Source: Minisyncoccota bacterium (GTDB lineage: Bacteria; Patescibacteriota; Minisyncoccia; Phycocordibacterales; WO2-35-19). Taken from it: a stretch of DNA of 64,000 nucleotides. The notes below the pieces were generated by a model, which saw only the letters and a program-made list of their open reading frames with translations, had not been told where the DNA came from and made no database searches. Positions 56,505 through 64,000 of the stretch are shown in pieces; positions within the stretch are counted from its first letter, which is position 1, and every line of letters starts with the position of its first letter. The stretch is from positions 2,343-66,342 of the forward strand of contig JBAYKK010000004.1 in NCBI GenBank assembly GCA_041664625.1, written 5' to 3'. A program made the translations under genes and the position numbers.

Positions 56505-57932
56505 ATGATTTTTGAACATTATTCCAAAAACAAAAAGATACTGATTCCTGTTGTCGCAGTACTTCTTGCTATAGGTGTTTTTTTGGTTTTAGAAAGACAA
56601 TATGTAGTAGAGAATGATTGGGTACAAATTTCAGCCGAACTTCAGGAATGTCTGTCGAAAAGCGATACAGAAAGTCACGAGAGGTGTCAGGAACTGATAT
56701 CCTTGATACAAGATTACGAAGATTGCATCGCAGCCGGTTTTCTCATAATGAAATCAAATCCATCGCAATGTGGCACACCAGACGGTAGGGTTTTTGTGGA
56801 GGGTGTGGAAGTGGAAACCGACCCTAACCTTCTTTTGGAAGCATGGAACATTCCCGATCCAAACAATAAACCAGAAGTCATCGATATTGGTTGGCAGTGG
56901 ATGGTTGCCGAAAAGGTTGCTGGCGGTCTTGTTGTCAGAGGAACTTGGGATAAAAATGATCAAGGTATTTTTGTAAGTTTGGCAGACGCGGACAAATTCA
57001 TCCGCATCAAAAATTCAGAAGGTGCACCAACGCCATATTTTACGACTGGAAAAAATATCTATATATTCAAGACTGATAAAAATTCAAAGAAAGCCGTTGC
57101 TACCAATACTCCGATCCCGACTCCGCTTCAAATTCAGGAAGCCGACATAAATACATTTGTTCCGGGCATAAGTCACGATCTCTCGTATATTTCGAAAGAC
57201 AAGAATCGTGTCTACATACACGGCATTCCAGATGCTTCCATTGACGCTCAAACTCTTATAGCTCTGGATGGAATGGACTATTTCTTTCAGTATTTTTTCA
57301 AAGACAGAAACCATGTGTACGATGCCAGACCGGAACAAGGTTCGGATCTTAAGTATAAGATCACCTCGTATGATCCACAGACCTTTGAAATCTTAAAGAG
57401 TGTCTATGGCTACACCAAAGACAAAAATGGGGTGTATTACGAAGACAAGAAGATAGCCGGTGCCGATCCGAATACCTTCCAAGTTTTGACGACTCCAAAA
57501 CTCTCGGCTGGCAAAGCGGACCATGCCACCTATTCATACTCCAAAGACATAAAAAATGTATATTACCTTGGTCAGGTTATTCCAAACGCAGACCCCAAAA
57601 CATTTACTCCCATCGACACAGGTGGTACATATGCCCATTATTACGGAAAAGATGGTGTGTCCGTTTACGAAGGCACTACTACCATCCCTTTTGCCGATCC
57701 TAAAACTTTCAGACCTTTATGGTATCCGATCTATGAGGGTTGCGGTCCGTCCAGATATTCTGTTGACGCAACGCATGTATTTTTTGAAAAGCAAATAGTT
57801 ACCGGTGCTGATCCGGCAACATTCGAAGCTCTGATTTTGCAGTATGGTAGAGACAAAAACGGACTTTGGTTTAAAGACAAGCTTGAGAAACAAATGCCTC
57901 CCAATTTTGAGCCAGTATGTAATTATGGGTAG
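56505..57932 (+). CDS. DKNYY-repeat membrane-anchored protein
   Basis: Repeated Y.KDKN.VYY...I..ADP.TF units. Confidence 0.85.
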   Translation: MIFEHYSKNKKILIPVVAVLLAIGVFLVLERQYVVENDWVQISAELQECLSKSDTESHERCQELISLIQDYEDCIAAGFLIMKSNPSQCGTPDGRVFVEGVEVETDPNLLLEAWNIPDPNNKPEVIDIGWQWMVAEKVAGGLVVRGTWDKNDQGIFVSLADADKFIRIKNSEGAPTPYFTTGKNIYIFKTDKNSKKAVATNTPIPTPLQIQEADINTFVPGISHDLSYISKDKNRVYIHGIPDASIDAQTLIALDGMDYFFQYFFKDRNHVYDARPEQGSDLKYKITSYDPQTFEILKSVYGYTKDKNGVYYEDKKIAGADPNTFQVLTTPKLSAGKADHATYSYSKDIKNVYYLGQVIPNADPKTFTPIDTGGTYAHYYGKDGVSVYEGTTTIPFADPKTFRPLWYPIYEGCGPSRYSVDATHVFFEKQIVTGADPATFEALILQYGRDKNGLWFKDKLEKQMPPNFEPVCNYG

Positions 57933-58012
57933 GGTGGTTGCTTTTTGGTGTTTTTAATGTACAATACAAGTATAAATTTTAGTGTAAATTATTGGATTTT
58001 AATTATAAAAAT

Positions 58013-59788
58013 ATGAGAAGTAGACTATATTTGTTGGCGTTTTTTGTCTTTTTAGGTCTCATCCCGTTTTCACAAGCTGATGCTGAAATTGCCTTCAGTC
58101 AAAATATAACTCTATCTCCTGGGTGGAATATAGTTTCTACTCCGAGAATTTTGGAAAGCCATTCTTTTTCGGTTCCAGAGACAAACGAAAATTTTGATAT
58201 ATTCGCATTAGACGCCTCCAAAACAAGTGGGTGGGCAACACTGGCAGATTTGGGACAGACAGAATTCACTCCTCTTTATGGATATTTCGTAAATAATAAG
58301 ACTGTAAGTAACCAGATTCTTACCTTCAATTATAAAGCCGATGTCTCTCCATCCCAAAGATTTTTTGACAGAACTTTTCCATCCACAGGTTGGTATTCTT
58401 TCGGTATAGCAAATCCAACTTATTCTAAAACTGTTAGTAGCGATAATACTGATACAAACAATCCCGACCATATTTTAAACTCCCTGCTCGGATCTCAAGC
58501 CAAATACAGTACGGTTATAGATTTTACTGACGCAAATCCAAACTCGGTTGCCCTTAGCGATCCTTGGGGTTCGCGAATACGTTCGATTACTCCCGCTGAT
58601 GCGACAGAGATAAATAAACTTAATGACTTCAGAGAGACAAAGGCATATGCAATCTATATCAGAGAAGCCGATACTCTGTACAACGGATTTCAAAATAACG
58701 ATATTCCGCCTGTGCCAGCTTGTTCTAATGGAGAAGATAATGACGGAGATCTTCTGGTTGACCTAGATGACCCCGGATGTATAAACGCGCTAGATAACGA
58801 CGAGACAGATGTCATTCTTGAGCCAGCCGTTTTAATACTTTCTCTCAATAATTCTTCTCCTAGTAAGCAGGATGTTGTGGCATCAGCGGGTTCTCAGGAT
58901 AACGAGATGGATAAACTTACTTTGCTTGTTTTTGATATTAAGGCCGAAAAAGATGACATTGCCGTAACGGACCTACAAGTTAACATTGAGAAAACTGGTT
59001 CTGGATCAGCCATGGCACAGACGGTTTACTTATTTGATGGTTCGCAGGAAAAATCAAGCATTACATTAAATGGCAATACCGCAGTATTTAGCGATCTTAA
59101 TTTGGCAGTCGCAAAAGACTCTACTAAAACTTACACAGTTAAGATAGACATTAGAAACGCAAACGCCACAGAAGCTCGTTTTTCAGCCACAGCTTCATCC
59201 ACTGGCTTTATGGCAAAAAATTCTATCGGTGACTCTGTATCGGATGAAAACAAAAATGGATCTGCCACAGGGTATAGTATTGGAGTAAGGAATGTGGGAC
59301 CCGAAATAACCTTAGTTTCAAAAAGTATTAGCACCTCAGGTGTTCCACAGGGTAATACACTGAATAATATGAGCACATCCACAGTGACAGCTACCTTCAA
59401 TGTCAGATTGAAAGCGGTTGGAGGAGATATAATGTTGGGCACAGTTGCTTCTGGAACCCCTGCGTTTTCTAAATCAACCGGATTTAAAATATATAGAAAC
59501 GGCAGCGAAGTTAATACGGATTCTGTCAGCACCAAATCAATTTCATTCACCATTCCTTCCGTATGTACTTCTACGGGCACAAATTCTTGTATGCTCGCCG
59601 AAGGAAACGAAATAAATATACCAGTATCATTCCAAATTACAGGCCGAAATATCGACGGGTCGTCTTTGTCTTCAGGGCTGTATTCAGTAGCACTAGAAGC
59701 CGTCAATTGGGTTTCAGGCGCTATGAATACTTCAGATTTTATGTCAGGCGAGGTTGATTGGAAAACCGCCGATGTAAGCTTCCCTTAA
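58013..59788 (+). CDS. Secreted/surface protein with a Ca-binding-like CSNGEDNDGD..D..DPGC motif
   Basis: Signal peptide; L.PGWNIVS.P; beta-rich S-layer-like C-terminal part. Confidence 0.75.
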   Translation: MRSRLYLLAFFVFLGLIPFSQADAEIAFSQNITLSPGWNIVSTPRILESHSFSVPETNENFDIFALDASKTSGWATLADLGQTEFTPLYGYFVNNKTVSNQILTFNYKADVSPSQRFFDRTFPSTGWYSFGIANPTYSKTVSSDNTDTNNPDHILNSLLGSQAKYSTVIDFTDANPNSVALSDPWGSRIRSITPADATEINKLNDFRETKAYAIYIREADTLYNGFQNNDIPPVPACSNGEDNDGDLLVDLDDPGCINALDNDETDVILEPAVLILSLNNSSPSKQDVVASAGSQDNEMDKLTLLVFDIKAEKDDIAVTDLQVNIEKTGSGSAMAQTVYLFDGSQEKSSITLNGNTAVFSDLNLAVAKDSTKTYTVKIDIRNANATEARFSATASSTGFMAKNSIGDSVSDENKNGSATGYSIGVRNVGPEITLVSKSISTSGVPQGNTLNNMSTSTVTATFNVRLKAVGGDIMLGTVASGTPAFSKSTGFKIYRNGSEVNTDSVSTKSISFTIPSVCTSTGTNSCMLAEGNEINIPVSFQITGRNIDGSSLSSGLYSVALEAVNWVSGAMNTSDFMSGEVDWKTADVSFP

Positions 59789-59792
59789 AAAT

Positions 59793-60644
59793 ATGAAAAA
59801 AATAATTTTAGCCACATTTCTTCTTTTCCCAACTTTTGCATTTGCTCAGATACCGGATTTTCCCATGGCATTTTATGGATCTGTGACAATAAACAGCAAT
59901 CCGGCACCCTCAGGCTCAGTTGTAAAAGCATATTACGGAAGTATCGCCTTAGAAAATATTGCTGGTGAAATTGTTGTAAAAGCGAATGGCATTTATGGAG
60001 ACGATACTCCAATTGGCCCAAAACTTCTTGTCACTAAAGATGACGGGGAAATAGTCTTTACGATCCAATCTCCATCTATATCTAACAATCAAGAAACCGG
60101 CGGCTCTTCCGAAGTTTCTTATCCAAATTTTGAGAGTGGAAGTGTGCATTTTAATTTAGCTTTTACTTATGAATCTCCCGTGCCACCATCAACACAAACT
60201 AGTTCAAACGGTTCCTCTGGATCAAGAAGTGGCGGCGGAGGCGGAGGAGGCGGCTCAAGCAGAATTGCTCCTGCAACTTCATTGCCAAGCGGACAGGTTT
60301 TAGGAGCTAGTACATACAATTTTTCTCGCAATTTGTCTGTAGGTTCTTCTGGCGAAGATGTTACAGAATTACAAAAAATATTGACCTCCGAGGGTGTATA
60401 TACGGGTCCCATAACTGGATATTTCGGTTCATTAACAAAATTGGGAGTAATAACTTTTCAGAAAAAATATAGTATTGATCCAGTTGGGATCGTTGGTCCT
60501 GCCACTCGCGCAAAACTCAATTCAAGCGCTACTCAAACCACTACAACCGGAACGATGACAATAGATCAAATGAAAACTCTACTCGCCCAGCTTCAGGCTC
60601 AACTCACTACTCTCATTGCCAAACTGAACGCTTCGGTACAATAA
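59793..60644 (+). CDS. Secreted protein with C-terminal peptidoglycan-binding domain
   Basis: Signal peptide, Gly/Ser linker, LSVGSSGEDV.ELQ..L...GYFG.LT. Confidence 0.85.
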   Translation: MKKIILATFLLFPTFAFAQIPDFPMAFYGSVTINSNPAPSGSVVKAYYGSIALENIAGEIVVKANGIYGDDTPIGPKLLVTKDDGEIVFTIQSPSISNNQETGGSSEVSYPNFESGSVHFNLAFTYESPVPPSTQTSSNGSSGSRSGGGGGGGGSSRIAPATSLPSGQVLGASTYNFSRNLSVGSSGEDVTELQKILTSEGVYTGPITGYFGSLTKLGVITFQKKYSIDPVGIVGPATRAKLNSSATQTTTTGTMTIDQMKTLLAQLQAQLTTLIAKLNASVQ

Positions 60645-60709
60645 AAAAATATAAGTGTGCTTGTGAGTACCTTCACGAGTATGCGAATAAGATCAAAGAT
60701 GCAATAAAT

Positions 60710-61300
60710 ATGACCATCATCAAACAATGTTTCGAGACGATTATGAACGGCAGCAAGGAAGAGAGTCGCCAAGCAGCACGCAGAGTAGGCAAACTTGTGT
60801 ACAGCTCACCTGCAGAAGGCCAAGAAAAATACACGGAAATTGTAGCTTTGATTAAAACCGCACAGGAAGATTATGCTCGTATTTCAGAAGATTGGCGACA
60901 GGAGAATTTTGTGATGGCGATTTCAGTTATGTATTTTTTGCACGACAAAGAAGACCAGCCGGATTTTATTTTTCCTTGGCTTTTTCAGTTGTTACAGCAT
61001 CAAAATGGTTATATTCGTTACGCCGCAGTTAAAATGATTTCTCACGAAATTGGTCCATTAACGGTTCATATTCGTTTTCCCGGCGACAGACCTATTCTCG
61101 GAGATAAATTGAAACCAGATCAGGCTGACAAAATTTTACATTCGCTTTTTATGAGTTTAAACGGTTTGCTGTCTGTTTTATGGCAGCCGAAATATAAACG
61201 ATACAAATATATTGATTCCTTACCCGCAAGTCCTTATAAGTCAGTACAAATGGTTTTGACCGAGTTGAAGGAATCTTGTGATAGAAATCACTGGTATTAG
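60710..61300 (+). CDS. Hypothetical helical (HEAT-like) protein
   Basis: WL.QLLQH.NG.IRYAAV HEAT-like segment. Confidence 0.7.
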   Translation: MTIIKQCFETIMNGSKEESRQAARRVGKLVYSSPAEGQEKYTEIVALIKTAQEDYARISEDWRQENFVMAISVMYFLHDKEDQPDFIFPWLFQLLQHQNGYIRYAAVKMISHEIGPLTVHIRFPGDRPILGDKLKPDQADKILHSLFMSLNGLLSVLWQPKYKRYKYIDSLPASPYKSVQMVLTELKESCDRNHWY

Positions 61301-61317
61301 AAATAGACAAAAACTGA

Positions 61318-61596
61318 TAGCAAAAAACTCCCATCTCTGGAAGTTCTTTGCGGGAATAGCAAGCTACTTTGAAGGGAGAAAAGATTTCGTCGCTTGTCTC
61401 ACACTTCGTTCGCTTCCCGACTCTCAATTATGCTTCTGTTATGCTCAGCCGAGCTCTTGGTATATCCGTAAACCAGTATGTTGCTTTTTACCGCACCTTC
61501 TGTCTTTCGACAAATCCACCGCACAAGGCGGATGACGGTCTTATTACAACCTCCGTTCCAAGCAAAGCTTGAAAATACCAATTCTCGCTACTCCAC
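61318..61596 (-). ncRNA. ~280-nt structured non-coding RNA, copy 2
   Basis: About 12 differences from copy 1 over 273 nt; TGCTATAAT at the same spacing. Confidence 0.75.
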
Positions 61597-61651
61597 TTGT
61601 ATTATAGCAAATCGAGTAGAACAGATGTATATTATGTAATAATATTTTGAT

Positions 61652-61795
61652 ATGGATCTAGACGAAATTTTAGAGTTGGTAAAATAAGGAGTTATTGAAC
61701 CCGAGCAGATTGAGGATTTTGAAAATTTGGATTCAGAAATTCAGGAACTTGTAGCCGAAGGTAATTTGGATATAAGCGAAGCTTTGGATTTATAA
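61652..61795 (+). pseudogene. Copy of the 47-aa acidic ORF with a premature TAA at codon 12
   Basis: Colinear with 15862-16005; GAA->TAA at 61685-61687. Confidence 0.7.
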
Positions 61796-61818
61796 ACTAT
61801 TTGTTTTACAATTAAACT

Positions 61819-62952
61819 ATGTCTCTCTTCAAAAAAATCTTTCTTTATTTTCCGACCCTTTTAGGAGTTTCCATGGTTTTGTCTATTCCTGTTGGAATAA
61901 TATTTACCAAAACTCAATACGGCTCTGGAGGATTAGAAATGTTGGGCAATCTGATTGATTACTTTTTTAGCGGAACAAAACTTACAGGTTTGTTTTTTAT
62001 GTGGCCCCTCGCAGTTTTACTAGAGCTTCCTATAATTCTATCCATAATTTTCCCTTTAGCTATCGTATTTGTTAAATTCAAGTTTGGGTATTTTACAACA
62101 ATGGAGACTATATTCTGTGTACTTGGTGCAATTTCTGCTCTGATGGTTTTTTACATGAAAAAACGAGGCCAGTTCAATTGGTTTAGGAAAAAAGACGAAC
62201 AAATAATCAACTCTCCAGTCGATAACAAAAACCACATACCCACAGTTGTAAGTAATTTTTCAATAGCAGCATGGGTGGTATTTTTAACTTTCTTTCTGTC
62301 ATACTACACAGGTCATTACATATTAATCCATCTTAATGACTATTTTGTTTACACCGGTGGTAGTTGGATAGGCCTGGACAAATCAACAATGGAATTTTTA
62401 ACAGGATTACCAGTAACCTACGCGTTTCTGATCGGTTTTCTTTTTACTCTATTTAGCAAAACAAAGTCGTGGAACTCACACCTTTTGGCACTCACTCCAT
62501 CTCTACTATTATCAGGCATAGGTGGAGTAATATGGCTTTTTTGGACCGTAACTTTTTTTGTTATTGGCTTTCTGACCGCAAAACTATTAAACAAAATATC
62601 AACAGCTGAAGGAAGAAGAAAGGTTATGGGTTATATCGCTATTGTAGCAATTTTAGCCTCTGGTATTTACGCTTTCAATTGGTATCTGAATAGAGACGTG
62701 TTGAAAGTCGTTAACTATCAGTGTGCTGCTACTGAAAAATTCAAAGTCAAATTTTATGATGATTATATAATGTTAGAAAAATTCAATAGCAATCCAGTAA
62801 GGTTGAACTATTCTTTGCAGTCTGGCTCTTGGACTAAATACATGACTAGCAACGAAGTAATGACATTGTGGATTAATGGAGATAAAGCTTATACAACTCA
62901 AAACGGTCAAAAAAATCCTACTCCCCATTATAGAGATTGTGTTGAAAATTAA
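61819..62952 (+). CDS. Multi-TM protein with C-terminal MliC-like domain
   Basis: About 8 TMs; Y.C....F.V.F...L....SGS.TKY......LW..G..A. Confidence 0.6.
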   Translation: MSLFKKIFLYFPTLLGVSMVLSIPVGIIFTKTQYGSGGLEMLGNLIDYFFSGTKLTGLFFMWPLAVLLELPIILSIIFPLAIVFVKFKFGYFTTMETIFCVLGAISALMVFYMKKRGQFNWFRKKDEQIINSPVDNKNHIPTVVSNFSIAAWVVFLTFFLSYYTGHYILIHLNDYFVYTGGSWIGLDKSTMEFLTGLPVTYAFLIGFLFTLFSKTKSWNSHLLALTPSLLLSGIGGVIWLFWTVTFFVIGFLTAKLLNKISTAEGRRKVMGYIAIVAILASGIYAFNWYLNRDVLKVVNYQCAATEKFKVKFYDDYIMLEKFNSNPVRLNYSLQSGSWTKYMTSNEVMTLWINGDKAYTTQNGQKNPTPHYRDCVEN

Positions 62953-62955
62953 AAC

Positions 62956-63462
62956 ATGGAAATAAAATCACAATTAACAAACAGATCGGGTCAAAAATTG
63001 GACATCATTTATTACGAGGGTGTAGATCCAAATAAAAATTTAGAAGGTAAAATATTATCCGGAGTACATGGCTTTTGTTTTTATAATGGGAAATTGGTTA
63101 TAGTCTATGCGGAAAATAAGAAATACTGGACTCCACCAGGAGGCGCCATTGAGCCAGGAGAAACATACGAGCAAGCTGTTATTCGAGAAGTGCTGGAAGA
63201 AACTAATATGAAAGTACTGCATCAAGAACTTATCGGCTACCAAGATATTTACGAACCAAACAGGACAATCAGACAGACACGCTCATTTTGTATAGTAGAA
63301 CCTTATGGAGAATTTACTGGTGATCCGGACGGTGATATTACGGAAATTAAACTCATCGATCCTAAAGATTTGAAACAGTATATTGATTGGAAAGAAATCG
63401 GAGACAGAATACTGGAAAGAGCCGTGGAAATGTTTAAAAAATATAACACTGAAAATTTATGA
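62956..63462 (+). CDS. NUDIX hydrolase
   Basis: Nudix box GGAIEPGETYEQAVIREVLEETN. Confidence 0.92.
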   Translation: MEIKSQLTNRSGQKLDIIYYEGVDPNKNLEGKILSGVHGFCFYNGKLVIVYAENKKYWTPPGGAIEPGETYEQAVIREVLEETNMKVLHQELIGYQDIYEPNRTIRQTRSFCIVEPYGEFTGDPDGDITEIKLIDPKDLKQYIDWKEIGDRILERAVEMFKKYNTENL

Positions 63463-64000
63463 AATTATTTTTGGGAGGTGGTGGAGGAAAAGAAGATTCA
63501 ATTGAGCTCGACAAGAGATTTGTCGCATCTTTAGATTTATTCAAACCGCTCTTATATATTCCAATAGCGACAAACACTGACAAATATTCATACTCTGGGT
63601 GTGTTGCATGGTTGTTGAGCATTCTCGGACCATTAGGTGTTACAAATATCGTGATGTGGGTTGAAGATGATTTAAAACAAAAGCAAGAAAAAGATTTTGA
63701 ACAATTTGGCGGAGTATATATCGGGGGTGGAAACACTTTTAAACTCCTAAAAGAGCTTAAGGAATTCGGGACATTTGAAATATTAAGAAAACTAGCGGAA
63801 AAAGATATTCCAATTTATGGCGGTAGTGCTGGATCCATCATACTTGCAAAAACGATTATTCCCGCGTTATCCGCAGATGAAAATCTTGTTGAATTAACCG
63901 ATTTTACTGCTTTGAATCTGGTTAATAATTATGAGATTTGGTGTCATTACGCCGAGACAATGGACTCGTTGATAAAAAGTTATATAGATAAATATTATTT
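63459..64000 (+). CDS. Peptidase E / S51 family (runs off window end)
   Basis: Manual translation MKLFLGGGG...LLYIPIA...VYIGGGNTF.LL...IYGGSAG. Confidence 0.85.
   Translation, partial: MKLFLGGGGGKEDSIELDKRFVASLDLFKPLLYIPIATNTDKYSYSGCVAWLLSILGPLGVTNIVMWVEDDLKQKQEKDFEQFGGVYIGGGNTFKLLKELKEFGTFEILRKLAEKDIPIYGGSAGSIILAKTIIPALSADENLVELTDFTALNLVNNYEIWCHYAETMDSLIKSYIDKYY

Larger units (their letters stand above)
48778..64000. mobile_element. Island 2 at tRNA-Glu (right end outside the window)
   Basis: Recombinase next to the tRNA; all-plus-strand cargo; modules shared with island 1; no att repeat seen in the window. Confidence 0.75.

Noticed and set aside
61685-61687. Stop-codon reassignment suggested by the in-frame TAA in the acidic ORF
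   Set aside because: TAA, TAG and TGA all terminate normal genes throughout the window; a single nonsense mutation or base-call error is simpler
1-64000. CRISPR array, cas genes, rRNA, IS transposases, reverse transcriptase/DGR, tRNA introns
   Set aside because: No regularly spaced repeats or matching motifs seen; all six tRNAs are uninterrupted

Overview
AT-rich bacterial DNA (genetic code 11) with the hallmarks of a Patescibacteria/CPR (Parcubacteria-like) chromosome: short infB, tandem VirB2/TrbC-like pilins, tRNA genes without encoded CCA and few SD sites. The core backbone runs clpB(partial)-iscS-infB-rbfA-4 tRNAs ... rnpB-7 pilins-SBP-gyrA-uvrC-uvrA-uvrB-2 tRNAs. Two related islands, each with a large serine recombinase, interrupt it. 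Island 1 (about 7537-31264) sits in tRNA-Leu(TAG) with a 17-bp att direct repeat and carries terminase and methylase genes but no capsid genes. Island 2 starts after tRNA-Glu and runs off the window. The islands share a thermonuclease-mltG module, a tiny hyper-acidic ORF and a ~280-nt structured non-coding RNA with its own promoter and terminator. Other notable signals: (i) a second RNA motif in two divergent copies with a GAAA tetraloop, an 11-nt-type receptor and a covarying pseudoknot; (ii) a dockerin-bearing subtilase next to a cohesin-bearing, peptidoglycan-binding scaffold; (iii) several families of small palindromic elements inserted in-frame in iscS, gyrA and uvrA/B/C and inside RNase P RNA; (iv) a TIR + membrane-protein pair. 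All calls come from reading motifs by eye; no database searches were run.
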